In this document: piece by piece, positions 1 to 11,491 of the stretch
Layout of the letters: every line of letters starts with the position of its first letter
How positions within the stretch are numbered: position 1 is the stretch's first letter
NCBI RefSeq assembly: GCF_000400465.1
Contig: NW_008806281.1
Span: 330,001 to 362,000 of the forward strand
DNA: 32,000 nt
From: Wallemia ichthyophaga EXF-994
Lineage: Eukaryota; Fungi; Basidiomycota
Direction: 5' to 3'
Translations under genes and position numbers: made by a program
Notes under the pieces: generated by a model
The model's database searches: none
What the model saw: only the letters and a program-made list of their open reading frames with translations
Told to the model about the DNA's origin: nothing

Positions 1-1912
1 CTTTGCTAGTTCGAGCTGATTTGGTGTAGCGTGTGCACTCCACAGATCCGCCCATGCTGCCAGTCTGTCGCTAATGTTCTCCCAAGGGTGGTTAGCGGGG
101 ATGTGAGTTGGTGTGTGAGGGTGAGTGTGTATGTGTGTAGGTGTGCGAGAGTGTGAATGTACATGCTCATGATCATGATTATGAGCATGTGAATGCTCTA
201 ATACATGCTCTAATGTGCCGCTATCGAAATGACCATCGACTTGAGGCAAGTGATGTATGTGATGGACTGACTCAGCGACTGAGGAATCAGGTATAGGTAC
301 TTTATTTGGCGTGACACTCTCATCCATAGCCAAACTACTCTCCTCCTTGTAACTCGAGTAGTCTAAAGCTGGAGTGGTTTGAGGTGCTACGGGCATTGGG
401 GGAGATGGCTCCAAAACAAATTCCCGTATGGGAGTTTGTGCATGTGAGGGTTTAGGTGTAGGTGCATCTGGTATTTCGTAGTGAGTTGGGTGTTGAATAT
501 ACTCAAATTGGTTATGTAAGGGGCGTGTTTCAGGTGCGTATTGTGGATTTTCATTGTGATTATCACCAGGTGGGGACGCAGCGGGTAAAGCAGGTTCAGT
601 TGGTGGTCTCTCAACTGGAGCAGATGGTGGTAAAGCCACTGTAGATGGAGCTTTCTTACTTTTAGTGTGGGAGCTTGGTGACATGATAGGATATGGTTCT
701 GGATAGGGTGCAGAGTGAGGTTCGTATTCACCTACAGGGAGTATTATTGGATGATTGGAGTGTTGCATAGGATGTGAAGTGAGAATTGGGGGAGTTGAGT
801 GTGGAATATATTCGCCAGGAAATGATTGGGGGTGTGATTGAGCATGTATAGCTTCCATGGAGAGTGGAGCTGGGTTTGGTGATGGCGATGGTGATTGTGA
901 CGGTGCTGGTGATGGTACTGGTGCTGGTGCTGTAGCTGCTGCCGCCACGGCTACTGGTGAACCCACTCTAGACGCCTCAGGTGATCGTATATTAAGAGTT
1001 TCAAGCTTATGATGAGTCTGATGAAGTAGCTCATAAATAGACAAAGCCCAGGGAGGAATATTTTCCTCCTCAGCCTTGGCAGCCTCTTGCTGTCTCTGAT
1101 GCTCAATCTGGCTAATGACGTCAATGCGCTCTCTAGCAGCTCTTTTGAGAGCATCACGTACGGTTTTGTCTTGCCTTTGATCAGTAGCTGCAGAGAGGAG
1201 CTGCTTAAGGTCATTGTCGTTGATAGTGAAATTGCGCTGTAATTTGTTAGTGGAGGTTGAAGGGGAAGAAGGGATGAGAGGAATGTCGTCACTATGAGGT
1301 TTTTGGGTGTCTGTGTGATTATCAATGGTTTGATTGTGATGTTGATCATGATGATGGCCAGTATAGTCAACATGGTCATCGTCATCGTCATCGAGATCTT
1401 TTGCACGTTCAAGAGCAGATTCAGGCCTTTCAGTGCCCATAGAAGACGCGTCTGGGGATTCAAGGGGAGGTTCTTGAGGATTATTTTCAGGTGGAATAGG
1501 GTTTGTGTCTTGATGAGTGTCTTGGAATTGGAGAGGGGAGGAATGTTGTGGGAGTGGCTGAGTGTTTTCAGTTGCAGTGGCGGGTGCAGAAGGTAAGAAT
1601 ACGTGTCTTGACTGTGTGTGTTAATATGTTAGTGTAACTGGATTATGTAGAAGATGAATCAACTAACGTGTTGATTGACGGATTCAGATGCGGGGTGGAG
1701 GACGAAGGTGGGGTTGGGGGTTCGAGACTCGGAGGGTGAAGGAGGGATTGGAGGGAGTGGAGCTTCCTGTAGCAATTTGTGAGTGAGATTCGACCAACCA
1801 CGTAAACCCGACAAACCCTCCTATCGAAACCAAAAGAAGCAACATGCCATTGACTGACCTTATCACCAGGTGGTGGTGTAATCGATTTTAATCTAATATC
1901 TTCCAAGTTCAT
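1..1912 (-). CDS. Pro/His-rich hypothetical protein; runs off the window start (3' end not in window); predicted exons 1912-1859, 1820-1668, 1611-<1
   Basis: Manual minus-strand translation: 1611 to 1 is stop-free (ends ...HPWENISDRLAAWADLWSAHATPNQLELAK). The ORF track missed it because there is no stop in the window. Intron 1667-1612 is GTTAGT..CTAAC..CAG. A 38-nt intron (1858-1821, GTCAGT..TAG) keeps frame back to ATG 1912 but has no clear branch site. Confidence 0.75.
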
Positions 1913-1937
1913 CGGCGTTTCTTGTTAAGCTCAGGCC

Positions 1938-4373
1938 ATGAGCAACAGTAAAAACCCAATTGAATTTGATAAAATAATTAATTCGAATAAAACCAAATTT
2001 ATAAACGAGCAATTGAGATCTGGGCTGTCTGACGATACACCTGAATCTACAACTACTTGTACACCTACTCAACACCCCACTACCACGCCTCGTCGTCGTA
2101 AACCACCCTCCCCGATAAAGATATTCCAAAACAATCTCAGCCTCGAGAAAGTCGGTATACCCACTTCACCCGCTTTTAATCATAATTGGTGCGAAAATGA
2201 TAACGCACTCTCTCCTTCCACCTCTATGCCCTCTCCTCAGCCTTCCCCTCAACCTTCCCCTAGAATTTCGTCTTTGGCTTTCTCTAGGGAAAATAGGGAT
2301 TCTAGCATGAACACCATCACTCCAAAGGTTTCAAATAGAGACGTCGATCACCTCCCTCCTTTACCCCCTTCTCCTACCGATATTGGCATGCTTTGCTTCA
2401 ATCAAGACGAATCATTCCTCCCTAAACACAAACACGCTCAATACCTTGGATCCCCTTCCCCTTTCAATAAAGACGCGTTAATGTCTTACATGTCTCAGTT
2501 CGACTTCTCCAATCTACGCCTGGATAATGCTCTCAGGAAACTTACCTCCAAATTGTTCCTACGCGCTGAATCTCAGCAGATTGATCGCATCTTAGAATCT
2601 TTTTCCTTTAAATTTTTCAGCGATAACCCTTCTTCAGTATACCGCAACCCAGACATCGTACACGCTATATCCTACTCTATTCTACTCCTTAACACTGACT
2701 TACACATTGCAGATATTGCTACTCATATGTCTAGAAACCAATTCCTAAAAAACACTCTCAATGTTATACACAACCAGTGCGATAACTTTAAGGACCTTGA
2801 TGCTGATGACTCCTCTTCTATTAGCTCTTCTACTAATGATAACTCCACATCAACCCATCAACCACCTCCTCTATCTTACTACTCGAGAAAAAGTAATATT
2901 GCTCGCAACGGTAGCTTATCCTCCATCAAGTCCAACCTCTCTCCTCCTTCTTCTTCCTCTTTCTCCGATGACAAGGTTAAAAAGAGCTCTTCTTCCATTA
3001 CTATCAACCAAAGCTATCATCTTCATCAGCTAGATTCCGACTTAGAACCTTTACTGCGAGAAATTTACAACAGCGTCCGCTTACACAAAATACTACTTCC
3101 TTTAGACTCTACCACTGCTGGTAATCTCTCTGCCAGTAATCATCGCAAAAAAAATACTAATAACAGACAAAGACTACCTAGGAATATGTCCTCTACTTCC
3201 ATGAGCGCTTCTTCTCTAAAGCGTGGTAGTATACGCGGTCTGTCTAGTCTTCTTGGAAATGAAGGTCGATCATCGCCTACTTGTTCTTTGGGTTCGGTAA
3301 TGGAGGTGAGTTGATGGTTAACAACTGCTTCTTGAAACCCACTTACAACCCAATCACAGAAACCTGCTCCTTCTATCGGTTTTGCTTCAAATCTCTCACA
3401 AACTATCATAAAAGAACAACATGAAGAATCAAACTCACTCAAATCATCTCCATCAGAAATAACTTTGGCCGAATTAACACTCAAAGATGAAGAATTAGCT
3501 TTGATGGGTCCTCCTTGGGCTAAAGAGGGATTTTTACAGCGCAAACACTACTATGAATCTCAAAATAAGCGTTCAAAAGACCGCAATTGGCTAGAAGTCT
3601 TTGTCGTGATATCTAAAGGTTATCTGAAAATGTTTACTTTTGGTGACACTGCTGGTGTACAAGGTGCTCAATCTAATGGTGGTGTAGGTGGTGGTAATTG
3701 GACTAATAACGCTAATTTAGTGGAAGATGTTCCGCTAGCACATTCCATTTCTGATATAATGAAACCTGGCTATAATAGATCACGGCCTTATTGCTTTCAA
3801 CTTATATTGCCTAATGGAGGTAAATATTACTTACAAACAGGTACAGAATCTTTATTAGAAGAGTGGGTATCAACATGCAATTATTGGGCATCACGATCTT
3901 CTAAGGAGCCTTTGAGTGGTGGCATTTCAAATATGGAGTATGGATGGAATACAACGTTGAGTGAGATTGAGCAGGGTACATCTTCAACCCATCTCAAGCC
4001 ACAGAAGGAAGAAGATGGGAGTAGTGTAAAGTCAAACTACTCTTTCAATAGATGGAAGCAAACATTTCGTACTAATGCAGATAGAACGTTTATTGAAGAA
4101 TGGAATTCTCCTCATTTACCTGTTGTTTCTTCCAGCCTAGCCGAGGAAGATCAAAGAAAGGCTCTTGAAAAGTGTAATAACAACTTGAAGAAAGAACTAC
4201 GTATACACCGACAAGTTTACGACAAAATGTTACAAAATTACTCAATCAAATCATCCAATCGCGATAAGGCGGTTAATAATTGGAATAAGAAGACAAAATA
4301 TTTAACAAATGAGATGAAAAAGTATGAAAGGTATATAGAGGAGTTGTCAAAGGCGATAAGTATGCGTAAGTAA
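1938..4373 (+). CDS. Sec7-domain + PH-domain Arf guanine nucleotide exchange factor (Syt1/Yel1/EFA6-like); intron 3306-3359
   Basis: Sec7 motifs FDFSNLRLDNALRKL..ESQQIDRILESFS..YSILLLNTDLH; PH-like KEGFLQRKHYYESQNKR..W and WVSTCNYWASRSSKEPLSGGISNMEYGW. GTGAGT..CAG intron joins the two ORFs in frame (SVME|KPAPSIGFASNLSQTII). Confidence 0.9.
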
Positions 4374-4702
4374 AAGGCTCAGTCAGGAACAAGGAACAAA
4401 TTGACTGACAAGGTGCCGATAATGGATATAGGTAAGGAAAAGGAGCAAGAAAAGTACGTGGAAAGGTTGGAGAGAGTTGGGAGTGTTGAAGAGGATGATG
4501 ATGATGATGATAAGATTGAGGATGATGAGGATGACTGAATGTGGAGTGTAGTGAGTTATGTGTACAGTACAATAAGTAAAAGCAGTAAAAGTAGAATAGG
4601 ATTATAATTTTAATGTTTATATTGTAATTATCCAATTTTCATTAATTTTATTGGTTTAGCTAGTTCAATCAGTTACAGTCACCATCACTCACCACCATCA
4701 CA

Positions 4703-7700
4703 ATGTCAATTAATAACGACAATAAGTGTGGCAGCAGTGGAAATAGCAGCATCAGTAGCAAAAACATCGAAAACAACAATACCACCAACAATACACTCTC
4801 ACGCTTACAACAAGCTTTCAAGAATCAAGAAGAAGCAATGAGAGCAAATCCGAAATTCAGACTACCACCTGCGCCTGGTGATATTTCCAATAGGAAACCA
4901 TCTGAATTATCCCTAACAGCTCCTAAGTTTGGTCAAATATCTGGACTTTTAAGCAGAGAGGAGGGGAATGACGATTTTGACTTTAATTTTAATCCATTAT
5001 CTGCAGAATTGAATACACCAATCAGTTTGAGTGATATTGCAAACTCAGAGTCGACTAGCTCAACTTTAAATAATCCTTCAACGTCTACTTCATTATCAAC
5101 TCATAATGACGCAGGTGTTACCTCTAATGATGCTCTAATTAACACTGGTGATAGTTCTAGTACCTCCAATCACACCACTATACCACAATCTCATAAATCC
5201 CCCAACAAAGTCGTCTCAGATATTCTAAACGACGACTTACTCGATCGAAAGTTAGCCACAAGAAAACATTACATTCTTCCATCTTCCCCTCTCTCCCCCT
5301 CCACTCCCACTCAAATCGACGAAACTGTCGATCATGACTCAAAGGATGACCCCATCGCTTCTCAAGTTTGGAAATTATACGCTAAACACAAATCTTCTAT
5401 CCCAAACGCTCAAAGAATGGAAAATTTGTCTTGGAGAATGATGATGATGTCTTTAAGAAGAAAGAAACATTCTGAGTCAAATCATTCTCTTAAAGATAAA
5501 ATTGATTCACCCCCCACACAAGATTCAGCTGATTTTGATAATAGAAGCGATCACTCTTCACCAACCCCTGAAGCTCAACCTGCCACTCAAGTAACCACAA
5601 ATACTGTTCAAGAAAATCTTGTAGACGCTATCAACTCTACAAAAATTCCTCTGCCTGATGAAGATGATCAGGAAGATGAGGAAGACGAGCGTGGTAGAAA
5701 ACCTCGCAGACATCGTGCTCCAAGGAAGCAAACAAACGTCGTCGTCGGTTTCGCTGGCAAAGTCCCTGAAGGTCTTGATAATGGTGAAGCTATTGTTGAC
5801 GATTTGATGGATTGGAGGGGCAAATCTAGATCTAGGTCACGCTCCGTTATGGACTGGAGAGGTCAATCAAGGTCCCGTTCTAGGCCTCCTCAAAATCATC
5901 AAAGCACAAACCCTTCAAAGAGTTATTTCATCCCCAGTCTACCTACACACACTCCTTCTCCAGATACGGCTAACAATGCGGATGCCTGTGAATCTACTCC
6001 TGATCATCAAAAGCTCCACCAAAATCTTCCTTCACGTATTAAAAATGAATTGACAACTACAATTGAAGAAGATAGTATTGGAAATGATCACTTTTACCAC
6101 TTTGGCACTGCTTCATCCTTACCAGACCCACAGTTCTTTTTACATCATGCTCAACAAAACAACACTAACCGTGCAAACGATCCTCAACAAAATTTTTACG
6201 ATCTTTTGAGTGATAATAAAGATATAGAAGACCTTTTAAAAGGCAAGCCCGCTCAGCAGTCACAGTATACTCCTTCTCCTAGTTTGTTGTCCAAATCTCT
6301 CTCTTCCAGTTACGAATACAGACCTGAAATTCATAATGTACCAGTGAGTGCGAAAAAAATTCTAAAAGCTCCCATTGACACTAGTTGAGGTGGCTCGTAA
6401 GCGTCCTGCTGAATATTCTCCAAAATTTACCACATTATTCAACAACATAGGAAACGGTCAATCAGATCCACCTCCTTTCAGCCTTACCAGCTCTTTCATG
6501 CCTCACCATAATAAAACTGACAACCATGAATCTGGCGTTAATACTGAAGGATCACTCAGCCCAGATGGAATAGATCTGAATGAGAAGAGCTTGGTCTTAC
6601 CTGATGGATTCCCAGACGATGGTGGTTTATCTGCACTGTTATCTCAGAGTGCCCCTGGCGATTCATACGGTGTATTTCCTCCAACAATACCGCAAGGACT
6701 ACCAACATACCAGGAGTATGCTCCAGCGAATAAGGACAACGAGGACTATCAAAATCAACAATCAGGTGATCAAGATTGGAATAACTTATTCAGCTTGCTG
6801 TATGGTACAAATTCCGCCCCATCCACTCCATCCTTGACGGATTCAATGAATTCGTTCGCAGCAAACATCAACCCAGCTAGTTTATTTAACAAGAAGAACA
6901 GGGAAGTGAAACCGATGCGCACATCCAATTCTAGTCAGTCTTCTAGTAAATATGCCTCTCAATCTCCTCAACTGCCAACTCAACCCACCCCCAAATTGAA
7001 GTCGTCTTTTAACATTCAATCTAAACCACATCCCATTAAATCACAAGAGCAGAACCATAAGAGCAACAACGTCTTATCTACCAGTGTACCATCCATACCA
7101 ATAACGAAGACAGGAACACAATCAGGAGGTCAATCTCAACAGCGTTCATCTTATGTACCATTACGCCAAGCACCGGTTAAGCAACCTAGTAATCCTAATT
7201 CCACTGCATCTCACAGTGACGTCAACTTGATAACAGATATCCAAAGCGCGAATGCTATGACTTGCTACAACTGCAAGACTACGAAAACACCCTTGTGGAG
7301 ACGAGATCCAGATGGCAACTCACTCTGTAATGCCTGCGGGCTTTTCCTAAAGCTGCATGGTGTAGTTCGACCACTAAGTCTCAAATCTGACGTCATAAAG
7401 AAGAGAAACAGAAATGGAGCTGGCTCGAATAATCCAAAAACAGTGGGTAAGAAGGGTGCTAAGGAGGGTACCCAGAGAGAATCACAAGCACCTTCTTCAT
7501 CTGATGTAAACTCTCACGCAAGCACCAATTCAAACCAGGACAATTACGCAGAATCAAGTCCCGCTTTGCTTCCATTCATGGGTCTGCCACCACAACCAGT
7601 CGTCAATACTAAGAAGAGGCGGACTAGCGCTGTTCAACAGCAGCAGTTTGAGCAACTCGAAGAGAAGCAGATTGAGAGTTCTGTTGGATATCTCAGTATC

Positions 7701-7715
7701 GATCGGTCAGTTTAG
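4703..7715 (+). CDS. areA: AreA/Nit2/Gat1-type GATA zinc-finger nitrogen regulator; one short intron near 6344-6389
   Basis: N-terminal DUF1752-like motif [27 protein letters not shown]; RKRPAEYSP motif; zinc finger [50 protein letters not shown]. The two overlapping ORFs need a splice to join. Confidence 0.88.
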
Positions 7716-8289
7716 CGTGCTTTGATGAGGTATGATTACCTGGATCTCTGTTTTGTTTTGGATATCGTAATTCCTTTCGCTATCATTTCGCTATTACTAT
7801 TTTATCACTTTGTAGGTATTGTCTCGAACATTAAGATATGTCTCACTGCTCGTAGGTATTTCCAACTCCCCCTTTCGCCTCTCATTCAAGCTTTCAATAC
7901 TCTGACTGTGTCTTTATCCGCAGTCTCATTACTCATGTTCTGATTTTACTTGCGATTCACGTGTAATTTTATTTTGACGGTTGTTTTAAAGGTTGAGATA
8001 GGTATTTATATAATTGCCCACGATTATCCTATCTGCGACTCTGCCATGCATCACTAATAACCTTCAGAACAAGGATGAGGTTTATAAAGATGTTTGGAAA
8101 TAATGGTTTTTCCCTCTAGCATGTCTGACAATAACAATCACTTAATGTGATTATATTTGCTCAATCCCGTGCAAATCTCTAGGTAATTGCGAAAATGATC
8201 ACAGCAAAAAAAACAAAGACTTTCTTATAGGCCCAATGTATTTTCTAATATCACGGCGAATTATACATGAAATAGAACCGAAATGCACG

Positions 8290-8580
8290 CACTACTCAAA
8301 AAGTCAAAATGCGTGCATTAGGTCAGCGAGAAATAATTACAGTCGCCTGAGGAAAATCCGTTTGAGCTCTTGCGTTCCAAAATTGATCAGATTATTATGC
8401 AATAATCACCATCAAAATCTAATTACTATTCATAAAATGTGCATCAGGTTAGGTTAAAGATAAATTGAGTCGGAAAAGCATTATGGTTGCGCCTCTTAAA
8501 TTATCTAAAATCAGGACACGTCATGTACTGGTTAGAAACGCAATAAACTCACTTCATGAAGTGCTTGCATTAGGTATTAC
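8290..8580 (+). repeat. Three related degenerate units at exact 126-bp spacing outside the identical IR
   Basis: TGCATTAGGTCAG at 8314, TGCATCAGGTTAG at 8440, TGCATTAGGT at 8566. 8290-8326 vs 9322-9357 = 31/37 with one gap. Confidence 0.7.
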
Positions 8581-9040
8581 GTCAAGGTCTACTGAAAACT
8601 TAGCTTAAAAAATACAGAAAATGCCCAGCACATTTCACTCACAGTTTAAATTTATGTTATACTAGTTTCAAGCAAACGTCATAGATATTACCAAGCTTAT
8701 TAACAAAAAGAAGCACGATGGACGACAATCTCTTTGCTTCTAGATTATTTGCAGGCCCCACGTGCCCCCTCACGTCATAATTTCTGTACATAGCCCTTCC
8801 ACCAGTCTAAACTAATGGACAAAATTCAACAGTTCCCATCTACTGTATTTACACGCCTTTCCTCGTCACGGATATAACATTGATCTCATTAAATCAGTTT
8901 GTTGTATATGCTTTTTCCTTGTACAAGCCATTCCTTTAATCTGCAGCCTGCAACTTACAATATTTGCTAAATTCTTCATTGTGTAATGGAAATAAAATAT
9001 CATGATCCTTTATCGATTGAACTGGAAGAAAAAGGAACGT

Positions 9041-11491
9041 AATTAGTAATAGCTAAGGCTGAGAAAGCATAGAGAACGATAAAGGTAAACACTTGAAAAC
9101 AGAAGAAAAACAAGAACCGAAAGCGATATGCGTATTTCATACTCAAATGTCAAGGTACATCATGCACAAGTTAAGAGTCGAAATGCGATCACTTTTCAGA
9201 ATGCATGATTTAGATGAAGGCAAATGTAAAGTGCCGGAAAAAGAGTTCGTAGATGGAACTATTCTCTTACTTAAGCTTCTAAGATAATTTTAAACTAATT
9301 AAAATCATAATACACCCCACTCACTACTCAAAATGCCAAATGCATGCATTATGTTAGGGTACATTGAGGTGCAATTGAAAAGGAACCCAAGAAAGCCAAA
9401 GTTGTGCCATTATTATGCTGAAAATTAGGAAAACATTACGCACTAATTAGAGTCACAATCAACCTACTATTCAAATTCCACAATACGTGCATTAGGTTAG
9501 CTTACCATTTACCTAAACCCTGTGTCCTCAGTGAGCCTTTCAAGTTCGTCAGCTTGTTGTACAGCACAACCCTGCCGATGTCCTTTCAACCAGCATAACG
9601 TCCATACGGAAAATGGGTTGAAAGTTTCGTATTTCCATCTTAATACGCCGCTAAAGTAGCAGCAGGTGACCTGATATCAAATATGTTTCGGCCTGTCGTC
9701 TTCTAAAAAGCCAGAAATCACTTTTTTCCCTAATCAGGATCGTGATTCACCCAATACTTTGCCTACTGACATGCACTAGGTCAGGTAACTTTTAGGGGAA
9801 AATGAAAAGTGACTCCATAATCCATCTCTTTGGTCTTTCAAACTCTAAAAAGTTCACGAATGAATAGGCATCACATCAAATGGCGATCCCTTCCCCCCAA
9901 CCCATCTCACCTAACAGCACGCACAAAGACTGGCTACTTTTAGGGGAAGCTGAAAAGCCGTACAGTATGGTGCTCTTTTGGAACTGTGGTATTTTTAAAT
10001 TCAGTAATCATTACGCAATATTCAGGATGACAATCCCCTACTTTTCATCATGCCAGAACTTGAGCACTAGGATGTCATAAGGGAAGTCATATTTATACTC
10101 AACAATTATTCATTCGTTCCTGACTAGCCCTATATGGTTTATAATGTTTTGTGAGCTGAGCGTTATCGCTTGGCTGAAGCTTGTTCATGATCGAAAGGTG
10201 GTACTGTCAAACTATTAGACAAAGCCGTGATAATATATCGTTAAAGTTTCTGTTCACAAATCAATATGTCTCATCAGTACTTAACACGTCGCTGGTGTAT
10301 GTTAACAACTGAGTTGATGACGGAAGTAGGGAATATGTCTTATCAGAGTTTAATATGTCAGTTAAAGTAATGCGATCGTTACAACCTCATTCCTGTTACT
10401 ATCTCATTACGATTTCAATAGGCTCGAGCCACATAATGACTCAGCCTTTCTTGCGTGAAAAGCTTCCTAATTGTGATTAAAGGGTAACTATAGAATCAAA
10501 AGAAGAGCAGAAATTTTCATCATTAATAGCTGTCTAAGTTTGCAGAATTGTATATTAGACTTTCATTGTTAACTTAAGGTTATTAATCACTTTGGCAGTC
10601 GGAGCCCTACCCTTTCGAATTTGATGAAAATAATCGAGTTTACTGGCTAGCTATACCACTAAACTAGAATTATTGACTATCATTATTCAATTTAAATTGA
10701 TGCCAGATGCGACCTTTTCCTAATTGTGCCTAAGGACACCACCCCTGATGACGTACATGACCCTTTTAACTGGCATTTGGCCCCTAACTATTTGAGAAGT
10801 GCTCATTTGTAAATGTTAATGGTGTCTCAAAAATGCTTTACAACGCCGGATAATCAGAAACCGTAAAGAAGAAGGAGTCACTGTTTAAAATCAAAGAAGA
10901 CAAAGGATTTAAACAATAAGAAAGCTCAGTGATTACTTTTGTTAAGCTAATTAATCAGTTGATGACCAATAGAGAAGTCAGTGGTATTTAGCAAATTCAA
11001 AGAGAAGGTCATAAATCACGAAGCTTTCCTGATAAAATAATCATCGCGAAATAACTTTGTTTCTAATCATTTCACTATGATTTTTCTTTGCATAGTCTTT
11101 TTATATCTTAAGAGCTCTTTAAGCAGCCAATTTCTCAATAATTTATTATATTTTTGTTACAATCATTAAAAATAACGTAACTTTTATTCTTTACAAGGGT
11201 GTTTGACATTAAACGACAGAGATTATCGTAACCAATGTCACTGAAAAGTTTCCTGTGTATCGTGTGTTATAGGAAGTTTTCAAGACATTAACGTCAATGA
11301 TTTTGATAATAGATCAGATTTTACCACTAACCCTTCACATATCAAATATAAATTAATTGTAAAAATTACGCAAAGTATTGCTTCATCTACAAAATTCAAG
11401 GCCATTGTTGACATTATTGTTTAATTACCGTCAAATTGTCACTAAGTCCTACATCGACATTTTACTGGTCGTTTGCATTGCAATCGATTTT
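9041..11491 (+). repeat. Left arm of giant inverted repeat (2451 bp)
   Basis: Block-by-block comparison: position p pairs with 23511-p. Identical to the reverse complement of 12020-14470 except at 10944, 10966, 10973 and 10981. The mirrored ORFs in the track (9093-9287/14224-14418; 9880-10080/13431-13631) give the same coordinate sum. Confidence 0.99.
9200..10100 (+). repeat. Degenerate ~143-148-bp tandem units in the outer left arm (mirrored at ~13410-14310)
   Basis: TGCAYTAKGTYAG at 9345, 9488 and 9772 (spacing 143 and 2x142). 9345-9382 vs 9772-9809 = 28/38 ungapped. 9788-9809 vs 9936-9957 = 20/22, 148 bp apart. Confidence 0.75.

Noticed and set aside
7957-7963. TCACGTG followed by AT-rich DNA resembling the CDEI-CDEII of a point centromere
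   Set aside because: No CDEIII (TTCCGAA core) follows, and point centromeres are restricted to Saccharomycetaceae-type yeasts.
8440-9800. TTAGG/TTAGGG-like words as interstitial telomere repeats
   Set aside because: They are isolated words within the larger degenerate unit, not tandem telomeric arrays.
10710-10812. Protein-like frame DLFLIVPKDTTPDDVHDPFNWHLAPNYLRSAHL in the arm (DPxNW recalls MFS N-termini)
   Set aside because: Short and bounded by stops, with no further transporter-like sequence in any frame; insufficient to call a pseudogene.
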